NCBI GenBank assembly: GCA_051294905.1
Contig: CM119384.1
Location: forward strand, 24,180,001 to 24,244,000
Origin: Botryllus schlosseri
Taxonomy: Eukaryota
Reading direction: 5' to 3'
DNA length: 64,000 bases
The notes beneath the pieces were generated by a model. That model was not told the DNA's origin, made no database searches, and saw only the letters and a list, made by a program, of their open reading frames with translations. Made by a program: the position numbers and the translations under genes. This document shows positions 50,901 through 60,989 of the stretch, in pieces (position 1 is the stretch's first letter; each line of letters opens with the position of its first letter).

Positions 50901-51463
50901 ATTTGCAATAACTGGATATAAATATACAGAATGTAAAAAATCAGGCAGGTTCCACTCGTTGGAATAATGTACACTCGGAATCTGCTTCAGCAGAATAGAT
51001 GCAGTCATCACACAGAAGAAAACATTGCTTTTATATATCCTAATTTAGCAACTATTGAAATGATCTCCACAAGTATCGGAAGACAGCGTTAGTACGGCTA
51101 ATGTTTACATCTCTGTTCTGAAATCTGAATGACGGCTAAAAAGTATTACGCTAGCGATAGGTGTCGCTGTAAACCACAACATCGATCGTATTCAGATGGA
51201 ACTCTCCATGCCAGCTACGCTGTAAATTGCTATGATCGCATCGTGCTTTGACTTCCTCTTTGGCTTCGCTGTAAATTGCTATGATAGGACGGCGCCATTA
51301 TGAAGTTTGGAAAAGCTGTGCACACCCACTGACGAAAGTCACCTTTGAATTTTTATATTTTTTTTCACAAAAGTACGAAGAAAACAATGAATACAACAAT
51401 TATTTTTTTACTTAAAATCCGACCCCTTTTTACCCCCCCAAAAATGCCAAATTACCCCCGTTT
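47918..51463. mobile_element. hAT (Buster/Charlie) element in the TX-5 5' UTR; right TIR missing
   Basis: Left end CAGTGGTTCCCAACCTTTTT after GCGTAAAG; right subterminal TTACCCCC repeats end at ATTACCCCCGTTT and run directly into the TX-5 5' tip. Confidence 0.85.
48222..50075 (-). CDS. Buster/SCAND3/ZBED8-like hAT transposase, uninterrupted ORF
   Basis: BED finger CVIC..HLMKRH, FSLQFDESTD, SVDGCPAM, HCALHRYSL, HTEVRWLSRG, STSYRCEQGFS, C-terminal QAQPSH. Confidence 0.95.
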   Translation of the reverse strand: MMHSNHPLFTLLRRTVIMPGKKRHYAEAFLNHGFVNTPQLNGDDRPQCVICLKVLTNESLKPSKLNEHLMKRHPLLAGKSRGYFEGKSKQLRGIQFGSGGMASEKLTAAVEVSYEVAYRIAKSSKNHTIAEDLIMPCTKLIVSKMCGEDQAKKLEGVSVSNTTIRRRVDDLAADILAQVVAEVKASPHKMFSLQFDESTDVSSCAVLLGYVRYIHEYSVKEEFLLAKNLKTTTKGEDIFNLVNDFLGMHGLEWNNVQQISVDGCPAMMGGNRGFRGFVQRENSDIHVDHCALHRYSLASKSLPESLKIVFDQAVKVVNFIKAKELNSRLFKELCKEMGQKYEALLYHTEVRWLSRGKVITRLFELREAVEIFLIEKKSGLAEYFSDPHWIAQLGYLADIFVELNKGNLSIQGKCVTVIHSKEAVAAFIAKMKLWIKRVNRGVLAQFPTLDMYLEGLETENEPDFTEALKGNIADHLGQLVEKMEEYFPDLDTTNMGWLTEPFRCLDSQVDDDDFPAKEEFIALRMSEALKIDFKEKNLDAFWIERLQDAPTLATRALNVLISFSTSYRCEQGFSTIVGLKTKKRNRLDVENDARIALSTTKPRIAKLVVDMQAQPSH

Positions 51464-52060
51464 GCCACAGCGGCAAATCCACAGCTAGGTTTTAAATCTG
51501 AAAGAATATCTAAAAGACACCTGCCTCGACAAGAGATGATATTTTTTTTTTTTTATATGGCTCTCCGTAATCGCTGCCTTTCAGCGGCCCTCTCTTAGTT
51601 TAGGGTCGCCTCCGGGTCAGGATCTTGATTACACATTTTTGTTATTTTTTGGGTTTTTTTTTTTTGGGTTTTCTAAATAAAGTGTTTGAAATGTTTTCGA
51701 ACATAAATAAAACGGTTTCTTCTTTATAGTTTACTCTATTTTTACTTCAGTGGTTACGGTGCATTGCTCTGCTTGCTAGTCATTGGGGGGTAGGTTTGCT
51801 TGTACCTTAGTGCAACCAAACCCTCCAATGTTTGATATTGGTGTTATCAATATTCTTGTTTTATTTTCGTTTACCGGTCAGAAGCTTTCTGCCGGTCGCG
51901 AGTGGTTCAGAGGTTTTGTAGGCCCCTCCCCTCTCGCTCGAGGGCTTTTTTCCACTTTTTTTTCCTTTTAATTTTGGTTGGGGTTATCATTCTTTCGTTT
52001 GAGCCCCTATTTTAGGGGGTGTTATGCCCTCTTCGTATTTGTTGTCTTGTTCACGTATTT

Positions 52061-55000
52061 TTAGGTTAAGCTGTCTATTTTGCCGAGTACCGTGCCTGTG
52101 TGTGAGTCAGCCTCGATTCGTCTGACTCGTCTTTGAATTTTGGTGATTATCTTTTTTGTTATATTTTCGTCTGCGACTTTTCTGTTTTCTATGTCTAATG
52201 CTATTTTAAAGTTTATGATTGATTTTTTATATATAGACAGAATCGTCCAGTCTGTTTTCCTGTTTCCAATGTTATATAGGATGTTGTCGGCATTCAGCTT
52301 CCTCCCCACGATGTTTTCTAGCTGGGTTAAGATTTTTCTCGTATAATTGCATGATGTGAGAATATGTATCACATCATCATCATATCCGTTGCAGAATTTG
52401 CATCTTAGATCTAAGGTTACTCCTGTGTTGGAGTGTGTTATATTTCGGCTTCTTTTTTTATTTCCGAAGATATACGCGTTGTGTGCTGTTTTATAGTTAA
52501 TGATCGATTCCTCATTTGTAATGGTTTTGTGGGTACCATATTTGGTTTGATTTATTTTATTCCAATTGATTTTATCCCCCCTTCCGGTTCTGCTTTCTGG
52601 ATGGTTTTCCTTTAGGCTTTTGATTGCCTTGTATAAGGATTTATGAGTGGCGTCTTGGCACTCTTCTTCATCGAGATCTATTTTTTTCCAGATGTCGATG
52701 CTATCAGTCCAGTTTTTTGGGGTTGGGTATCTATGTGGTTCACTATTTTTGTATAGTGTGTCATTGATTCCTTTTATTTTCGTTCCAATTTCGTATATTG
52801 CGTGTTGGTGCCATAATTCCGTTGGTTCGTCAAGTTTTTTCAGTTTTAGAATTTTTTCAATTTCACATGCTTTATTCCGCGATTCTACGTCAGGTATGTC
52901 GTAGCCTCCTTTATCTTTCTCTGCTATGAGCGTCTTTCTTCGAATAGATTCCATTTTTTGTGGATTCCATAAGAAGTTGAAGTATAGTTTTTCGACTCGT
53001 TTTTGCTGATCTTTTTGCATGGGGATTACTCTGGCGTTATAGATAATTTGGCTTGAGGCGATCGAATTTAGAATAGTTTTTTTCCCTATCCAGGACAGTT
53101 TTCTGTGTTTGTAGGCTTGGAGTACTCTCTTTATTTTCATAATTCTCATGTCCCATGTTTCGTTAGTTTGGTTTATTCCATAGTGTTGTCCGAGTATTTT
53201 AATGCTCGGTTTTGTAAGTTCTTGATATCTGGTTTTTTGGGTTGGGATACTCCGTTTCGGTTTAATGTGCAAAATTTCTGTTTTTTGTGCATTGAGTTTT
53301 TGGCCCGTTGCACGTTCGCATCTTTCGAATTCCTGGAATATAAGGTCGATGTCCTTTTCACGCGTTAGATAACAGGTCAGGTCATCCGCGTATTGCTGGA
53401 TTTTCATTTTAAAGCCTCCTATTCTAAAAGCCTCGGTGTTCGGGTTTTTTTCTATAAGCCTAGCCAGGGGGTCGCTGCAGATGGCGTATAGGCTCATGCT
53501 GAGCGGACATCCCTGTCGTATGCCCCTTCCCAGTTTAATTTTATTGGTCAGTGCTCCATTAACTAAGATCCTGCTGCTCGCTTCGCTGTAGATCTTTTTT
53601 ATTAATTTAGTGAAGTGGGAGGGCAGGTCATATCCTGCTAAGATCTTGTGCAGGTATTGGTGGTTGATTTTGTCAAACGCTTTCTCCTGGTCGAGGTTGA
53701 CGACCAGGAGTTCCTTGTCTCTCTCTCGCGCGTATTTTATTGCAGCATGGGTATTTCTCAGCACGTCTGTTATGTCTCTTCCTTTTATGCCGCATTTCTG
53801 CGTTCCGTTAATGATGTTCGGAAGTATTGAGGTTAGTCTTGCTGATAGGATTGCAGTTAATATTTTATAATCGGTATTCAGTAAGGTAATAGGCCTCCAG
53901 TTTTTTAATTCCTGGGGGCTACCTTTTTTATATACCATGGTGGTAACTCCGTCCGACCATGTTTGACATATGCCTCCAAAGAGGTATGCGTTGTTTAATA
54001 CCTCTTGGAGGTCACTTTTTATCAGGTTGTAATAGGCAACGTAAAATTCCTTGGCTAGACCATCTGGTCCGGGTGTCTTACCGTTGTCCATTTTCTGTAT
54101 TATGATTTTGATTTCGTCTTCCGTTATAGGGGTTTTAAGATCTTCCCGCTGGTCGGGGGTGATCTTGATGTCTTTAACCGTGTCAAGGTATCTATTTTGT
54201 AAATCTGGGTTTGCGTTTTTTGATTCGCTCCACAGATCTGTGTAGAATTTTTCCACCGTGTGTAGAATCTCTTCTTTGGTGGTGATTTCTGCACCGTGTT
54301 CGTTTACTATAGAGCTGAAGATTTTGCTTTCTCTTCGCTGCTGTAGTTTTTGAAAAAAGTACCTTGTAGGTTTTTCATTTTCCTCAATGTCTTTTATTTT
54401 GTGAAGTTGGCATTGATGCCGTATCTCTTCATCTTCGAGCCTTTTCAGTTCTTTTAGGGCGTCGATTGGGTTCTCGTCCGGGTTTTGTTCATTTTGTATG
54501 CGACTTACTTTTTCTTGAAGCGCTTTTATTTTGTTTTCGTTTGCAGCTTTCTTTTGCCAGCTATGGCTCTTAAGCTGTTTTTTCATTTCTTTTTTGAGGT
54601 GGTCCCACCATTGGTACACGTCGTTGAAGAAGCATTTCTGCTCAGTGCACTTTTGGTGGGTTTCCTCGATTTTGTTGTACAGCTCCTCATCCTGGAGGTG
54701 TCTGGCGTCGTTTTTCCAGAAGCCTTGTCCCCATTTGATGTTATTTGGTATTATGATTTGGATTTGCTGCATGAATATATGATCGGAGATGGTGTTTAGT
54801 TTATATGTCGTACTCTTTACTCTTGCGAGGAGACGTTCCGATAGGTATATTCGATCAATTCGCCTTGATTGTAGTGCCTTCATTATGGTATATAGTTTTT
54901 TAGTTGGGTTTCGCCAACGCCATACGTCTCTTATTTTGTAGGCTTCTACGAAGTTTTTCCATATTTTGGCGGCAGGCGTCAGTTTAAAATTCACGGTGTT

Positions 55001-55513
55001 TTTTGAATCTATCTTTTCTGTGACGATATTAAAATCTCCACAGATGATCGCACTCTCCGGGTTATTTTTTTCTATGTGACTTATCAGGTCTTGGTAGAAT
55101 TCAGTTTGGTATCTTCCAACATCGCTGGGCCCATATACATTGTATAGGGTGGCGATGTCGTTTGTGTCCTTTTCAGTTAAGCGTAGCGTCTGTGCCCTAT
55201 CCCGTCGCAGTATCGAGTGGTCAATGTTGTACTTTGTTTCCAATTCCTTTTTGACGAACATTGCCGTACCTCTGTAGTAGTGTTTTTTATTTTCTTCCTG
55301 GTCAATCCAGTTTTGGCCTATGTTTATGTGATTTGAAAAGTATAATACGTCGTTTTGTTGTGCCCATGTTTCAATTTTCCTTATGTCCATTCTGTGTGTC
55401 TCTTGGACGCATATTATGTTCCAGTTCTTTTCCTTTCTGAATAAGTTTTTCATTTTGGGCCAATGTGTTTGCATTCCATTGGCGTTCAGAGATATAGCAT
55501 TGATCGCCATCAA
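52061..55513 (-). CDS. TX-6 ORF2: intact 1150-aa APE endonuclease / reverse transcriptase
   Basis: ISLNANG, CVQETH, YNVYGP, ICGDFN, SRRIDRIY, SDH, KTPGPDG, GIRQGCPLS, QYADD, CKFC..HILTSC. Confidence 0.96.
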   Translation of the reverse strand: MMAINAISLNANGMQTHWPKMKNLFRKEKNWNIICVQETHRMDIRKIETWAQQNDVLYFSNHINIGQNWIDQEENKKHYYRGTAMFVKKELETKYNIDHSILRRDRAQTLRLTEKDTNDIATLYNVYGPSDVGRYQTEFYQDLISHIEKNNPESAIICGDFNIVTEKIDSKNTVNFKLTPAAKIWKNFVEAYKIRDVWRWRNPTKKLYTIMKALQSRRIDRIYLSERLLARVKSTTYKLNTISDHIFMQQIQIIIPNNIKWGQGFWKNDARHLQDEELYNKIEETHQKCTEQKCFFNDVYQWWDHLKKEMKKQLKSHSWQKKAANENKIKALQEKVSRIQNEQNPDENPIDALKELKRLEDEEIRHQCQLHKIKDIEENEKPTRYFFQKLQQRRESKIFSSIVNEHGAEITTKEEILHTVEKFYTDLWSESKNANPDLQNRYLDTVKDIKITPDQREDLKTPITEDEIKIIIQKMDNGKTPGPDGLAKEFYVAYYNLIKSDLQEVLNNAYLFGGICQTWSDGVTTMVYKKGSPQELKNWRPITLLNTDYKILTAILSARLTSILPNIINGTQKCGIKGRDITDVLRNTHAAIKYARERDKELLVVNLDQEKAFDKINHQYLHKILAGYDLPSHFTKLIKKIYSEASSRILVNGALTNKIKLGRGIRQGCPLSMSLYAICSDPLARLIEKNPNTEAFRIGGFKMKIQQYADDLTCYLTREKDIDLIFQEFERCERATGQKLNAQKTEILHIKPKRSIPTQKTRYQELTKPSIKILGQHYGINQTNETWDMRIMKIKRVLQAYKHRKLSWIGKKTILNSIASSQIIYNARVIPMQKDQQKRVEKLYFNFLWNPQKMESIRRKTLIAEKDKGGYDIPDVESRNKACEIEKILKLKKLDEPTELWHQHAIYEIGTKIKGINDTLYKNSEPHRYPTPKNWTDSIDIWKKIDLDEEECQDATHKSLYKAIKSLKENHPESRTGRGDKINWNKINQTKYGTHKTITNEESIINYKTAHNAYIFGNKKRSRNITHSNTGVTLDLRCKFCNGYDDDVIHILTSCNYTRKILTQLENIVGRKLNADNILYNIGNRKTDWTILSIYKKSIINFKIALDIENRKVADENITKKIITKIQRRVRRIEADSHTGTVLGKIDSLT

Positions 55514-56029
55514 GATTGGATAGGATAGGACACAGGGTTATTATTTTTTGGCTTTTCTTCTTTGGCCTTTTGGTTTGTCGGTAGGACTTTGCTCATCCCT
55601 GTTTCTTTTGTTCGGTGAGCGGGCACTAAAGAATTCTGACGCTGTGAATGTGCGGTTTTCGAATTTTTTCCTTAATATCGAGGTCGATCCGCTTGCCGGC
55701 GGATTGGTGTTGTCTATCTGGGATCTCGCCTCGTCTTCGCTTGTGACTAGGACTAAGGGTGGGTTTCAAAAAGTTGTCTTAATTTAGACCTGGCTTAAGG
55801 CCAGTGATTGACTTGCTCAAGACGCCAGACGTCGGCGGTCTTAATTCGGTTTCAAATGTCAATTTGGCGCCGCGCTCGGCCAAGTCCGTTAGTTGCGAGT
55901 AATTACTGTCTACTTCGTCGCTGTAGCGAGTTCAACACGGAACCGAGGCCAGTTGTTATTGTTTTGAGTTGCTTGCTGATGTCGTATAGTATGGTAGCGA
56001 TGCAGTGAAGGAATACGGAATTGCTTGAG

Positions 56030-56530
56030 TTGTTGAAATTTACGGACGGATGATCAGAACGGAACCCTGAGGAAGTATCTGGCAAATGATCAGCACGTTA
56101 TCGCAAAGTATTCGAAGAAATAGTGCGGCTGTGATACCGATTTTTGAAGACACAACTGCCCAGCATTTTTGCATATTAATTGATGAAGATTATGCTCTTG
56201 GAGATGCTGAATATCCACTGAGGACTTATTACTCACGCCACTATTATGCCCAAGAACTTTGACCGAAAAAAGTCACTATTGTTTTCATGCATATCGTTAC
56301 CCTCTGGCTGAGCGCAGTGCTTTGTGTTGAAGAAAATATCTCGCGCATTGGCTATATTCATGGAAGAACCTCAGAATATCGATATGACAATAGCCTGCTT
56401 CTGCCTTTACAATCATAGCAATGCTGACAAGGCAGACGGAGCTGAATTTGATGACATACTGCAACTGGAAGCGTTGACCGCACTCCCACAGTATCGACTC
56501 CTACAGAGAAATCTGCACGACAACGCATGA
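56030..56530 (+). pseudogene. Harbinger (HARBI1-like) DDE transposase C-terminal remnant
   Basis: LGDAEYPL (LGDxAYPL motif), AERSALC.LKKISRAL (ERAFG.LK.RF-like), IACFCLYNH (ACCVLHN-like). Confidence 0.65.
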
Positions 56531-57029
56531 TCTAGAGATTTTTGCAATACATTTGATTACATTCCAAAACATACTCGTGCTTTATTTCTTGTGACACGTT
56601 AAAATGAGGTAAAATGTGCATTATGGCTTTAAGTAAGTTCAAGTTCATAAATTTGGACACAAGATAGCGAAGCTATTGCAAGGGGCTTGGGAAACTGGAG
56701 CAGGCGAACATGAACGGCTGAACAAAATTGAATCAAATGTACAAAAGACATGTTTTGACTCTAGATTCGGCTAGCGTCAAATTAATGTTGTTCAGCATCT
56801 TCTAAATTATTAACGTTGAGACCATGCTCAACTTGTTTCATTCTCTTCTGCTTTATCACTGATTTTCAAATCTTCGCTGCTTCATAGTTGACTTCGGGCC
56901 TGGACTTCGGTGAGCTGTTGGTAGAGATATAACTAATAAATTTCGAACGAATTTTTTAAATTTTATACTGTTGCTATCCATACAAAACTCAATAGTCTAT
57001 TGTAATACATAGCATCAGCAAACTATACG

Positions 57030-57110
57030 AATGTTAATAGCAATAATAATGAGATAATAATTAATAGCAATAATAATGAGATAATAATTAATAGCAATAA
57101 TAATGAGATA
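57030..57110. repeat. 28-bp tandem repeat, about 3 copies
   Basis: TAATAGCAATAATAATGAGATAATAATT repeated. Confidence 0.85.
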
Positions 57111-60100
57111 ACAAACAGACAATTGATGGCCTAGTAATGAATGCAAACTTACCTTGATCTGGTTGGAAATGTTGCCCAAACAACTAGCAGATGCAGCTCC
57201 CAACTGCTACTCCATAAGTTGGCACATCAGATGGGTCAGCATCTATCACAAAACAACTTATCAAGCATGGTATAAATATGAATGGAAATGACATACTTAC
57301 AGCCCAGTGTTGGTATCATGGTGCGAGGAACTGGATAAAGCTCGAGCAAAGTGCTTTCAGAAAAACCTTAATATAAAAGGAACTGGATATTGGTATGCGC
57401 ATTCACACCCACATATACGGATAGATAGATAAATACCTATTTGATGGCTTGGCACATCACTGCTCGTTTGATTTTCTCTGTGTTCCAAAAGAATGGTGCT
57501 ATCATTTGTTTCACAGCCTGCAGCTCACTCTGGTGGCACATTGCACAGCTATATAATAATTTTTACATGGACTGATCATGCTGCTATGTCGATACTATGA
57601 CTGGGTAGCAAATCTGTGAAAATCAATGTTGAATTGACATATATCTCAAAACATTTGGATTACTGAAGCGTTAGCATGTACTGCACTTTGAATATTATTG
57701 GCATATATCACTTCACATCAATGGCCCCTTTAAGCTGCATACATGCGCAAATGCGCAGTGCTGACACGGTTTATGCACACAGAAAATCTGAAGTCATGAC
57801 CCTTTTTTAGTCGTTACGCACTGTTTTCCGAGGGTCTGCGTAGTGAGTTCTTGAATGTACGCACAGACTTGTCAAAAATTAGAGGGAACATTGCTTCACA
57901 TCTATAGCAATTCACTAACAACTTCATGCAAAGTCATGTCATTTTTCTTTCCGAAACTTCTGGATCTTTATCCAGTATGCTGAAATTCGGTGCGCGTGCA
58001 GTGAACGGAATATCAATACAATGCTGGTTGAATAGACACATATTGATCAAAGTTCTATGTAGTCGGCACTACTCTAGAAAGTAGCAGTTAAACATATTTA
58101 TGACAATGCTCATAGGGGTGGAGCGAAAATGGATATTGAGGGGAACCCTGCAATCAATCACAGTTGCGTGCAAGTGGTGCAACATTGATTAGGCTCAACA
58201 AAATGAGCATGATACATATTTTCCATTTTCTGGTGATGCGTCATGTGTTCACTTTTTGGCTATAACCACAGCAAAGCCAAACTGTCAAAACGTCAACGTG
58301 CCTAAGTTAAAAGACGTAACCAGTCGAGAAAACTATAATGATGAGTTGACGTAGCATGTAGGCTATCAATAAAGGATCTGTTGATCTGCCGCAACCTAAA
58401 ATCTCATCTTGGGGCTTCTTCGATACATGCACTATATTAACTGATGTTCCCCATGACCACTGATCAGCATCATTACCCGTAGCGGATTCTTATCGCTGAC
58501 CTTTCTTTGCCAAAATGGGCGGGATTCACAAGTCCAACGCTAGGCACCTTTACGCCTTACCCCAAATATCACTTCCCGTGTCTCGTAACCATAGTCATAT
58601 CATATTCGTAACCGAATCGATTGGAGCCAGCGAACGCGGGTTATGGTGGTCATGGGGAACATTGCTTGATACTATATGGTGCGGTTATGGAAGAAGTGCT
58701 GATGTGTCCTGTGTGCCTCAGGGCTCTGGCTATCCATTTGAATTGAAATCCGTTCAGTATACGAAGACCCCTGCAGCATTCCACTGTAAATCCCACTATA
58801 ACGGTATATGATACCAACTTGTCACGTTTGTGATATAAACATTGTTCCAAACTGCCTGACATCAATATAAAATGATCTAATCTGATTTGCCAAGCTATAC
58901 ATCAGAAGAACGGCCAGTATCCTTCAACAAACAGCACAACAGTTATCAGCACTGTTGACTTCAGCCTACCCCCTAGCTGGCTTGGATATCTGTCTTAACA
59001 AAGCGCACGCTGGAGGGGAAATCCCCTCAAGTCACAGTTTTGAAACCGACTTCAGCCTGAGGGGTGTAGCTTAAGCCCGACGACGGGCCTAAGTCGACTA
59101 TTTGAAACCCACCCTAAGTCCCCGTCGTTTGTACTTTCACTGCTAGTTTCGTTTTCCGTTTCTTGTACTATTGTCGTGTCTAATTCGGTCTTTTCAGGTG
59201 TATCGCCAAGTTCGGCGATTTCCCTAAATAGATCTATCACGTCATTTTCTTCTTGTTTTTCTTCGTCTATTTGTTGTTCGTTGGTGTTTTGTTCTGCGCT
59301 TTCCGCTTGTTTCAATGTTTCTTGGTTGTTGGCGCTTATTCGTACGAATTGTGTCAGGGGGATGGCGTCTCTCTCCCCTGCTTGAGTCTGTTGTGTTTGT
59401 GGTAGCACATCAGATCTCTCTTTTCTCAATATAGCCTCTGGCTCATATTGCAGGAGTCTTCTTGCATTTGAGTTATTATTTGTGTTGTTTTCTGTGGTGT
59501 CATTTGGTATTGTCTGCTGTTTTGGGTCCTCGTTCATGTTTTTTGGGCAATTAATTTTTTTATGTCCGTATTCCTTGCATATCAAGCATGCCGTTTGGTT
59601 CGGGCAGTCTTTGGAGCCGTGCCCAGGATGGAGACACCTATAGCACATTTGATTTGTTGTGTCTTCTTCCGGAAGGTATGTTTTACAAGGGGCCTTGCCC
59701 AGATAGACAAAAGGCGGGATTCTGCCCGGTGTATAGTTCTCGATCGAAATCTGTCTGTATCCGTTGAGTATATTTGTACCGCGGTGGTATATCAGGGTGA
59801 TTTCCCTGATAGTACCACATTGGTAGCTTGTGAATTTTTTCCTGATTTCAGCTTCTTCGACTTCAGTCGGGACTGCTCTGATATTTACCTTGACTGTAGG
59901 AAGTCTAGGTTGCTCAATGTGGATTTTCCCTTTATCTGTGGTAATTCCGTTGTGTATTGCGTCTAAGAAGATCGTTTTCAATCTTTCCACCGGTGCTTCG
60001 GTTGGAAAGGTAAGATTGTAGGTATTCCTGCCTATTTGGAATAGGAAAGGATATTATCTTTGTGTTCCACCAGTTTTGGATGCGTTCTTACTGCCTCGAT

Positions 60101-60989
60101 GACCTCTGTAGCTGTGATATCTGTTGGGGTGAGTAAGTCCAAGGATCTTGGCCTGAGGCCGTAGGTGACCCTTGTGTTGTTCCTGCCTTGCAATGCATGC
60201 GAGTATGCCATGGCTATTGTAAGAAGGTGTTGGTTTCTGTTTGAAACTAGACAGCTGCTGGCGTCTAGTTCCTGTATCTTGTTTCCAGATGTGTGTATTT
60301 GCGGCGTAAGTTCGTGCTATGCTGTGTAGCTGTGGCTTTACTGCTCTGCACTATGAATGCCGCTATCGGTTTGTTGTTCTCTGTAGTCTATATACTGCTA
60401 CGCTGCTGTGAAGCGCGTTGTTTAGCGATGCTTTTAGAAGCTTTCTGACGCGTTTTTAAAGGCGTTTCTACGCGCTTGTTACACCGATACTACAGTTTCG
60501 CTTGCTGTACGAGCACCGTCTAGACGGTGTCGTAGCGCTTAAGTAATTTAGTTAGGAGAGCCAGACAGTCTCTCGACGTCTCGAACGAGACGCGCGTGAG
60601 AGGAGAAGGTAGTAGGCAGAGAGACTTGACTCAAGAGAGAGTCAAGTCTCTAAAGAAAAGACTCGACGAGTCCTGACTCGAGAGAGAGAGTCAAGACTCG
60701 AAGAGGTAGAGAAAAGACTCACCAAGACTCGACTCACTAAGACGAGTCAAGTCCCGGGGAGGTAGAGGTTTTTGAGTCAAAAGGTGACTCGAAGTGGAAT
60801 TTCGGCGACGAAAAGAAGGAGAGGAAGTAAGTACGATAAGCCTATGTAAGTCAGAAAAAATAACTAGTTATTACGGTTAGAAAAAATAACTAGTTATTAC
60901 GGTTAGGGTAAGTCTAGACTACTGCCACAGCGGCACCGGATCTCCTTGTTGCACCTGAAATAGCCGTTAGTTCATACTTACGCGTGATA

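Larger units (their letters stand above)
37673..51541 (-). mobile_element. TX-5: group-B Tx1/L1 LINE with long 3' region, interrupted by two hATs
   Basis: T-run 37673-37686; ORF2 is continuous across the hAT at 42151-46328 (ENCLD|QKDAW); ORF1 46505-47671; group-B 5' tip at 51464-51541. Confidence 0.88.
55757..59114. mobile_element. PIF/Harbinger DNA transposon, decayed
   Basis: TIR GGGTGGGTTTCAAA.AGT.G.CTTA (22/25); 3-bp TSD TAA at 55754-55756 and 59115-59117. Confidence 0.9.
55541..60211 (-). pseudogene. TX-6 ORF1, split by the Harbinger and with lesions near 60000-60050
   Basis: MAYSHALQ..RPRSLD, VNIRAVPTEV, CYRCLHPGHGSKDC, CLICKEYGHKKINC; removing the insertion restores STNDGDL|VLVTSEDEARS..FTASEFFSARSPNKR. 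Confidence 0.9.
51542..60984 (-). mobile_element. TX-6: full-length group-A Tx1/L1 LINE with intact ORF2; Harbinger inserted in ORF1
   Basis: T-run 51542-51554; possible 5-bp TSD TGATA at 51537-51541 and 60985-60989; 5' UTR homologous to TX-1/TX-3. Confidence 0.92.

Noticed and set aside
56640-58900. Harbinger second (Myb/SANT/MADF) gene
   Set aside because: Expected from family biology, but no motif could be recognised in the fragments
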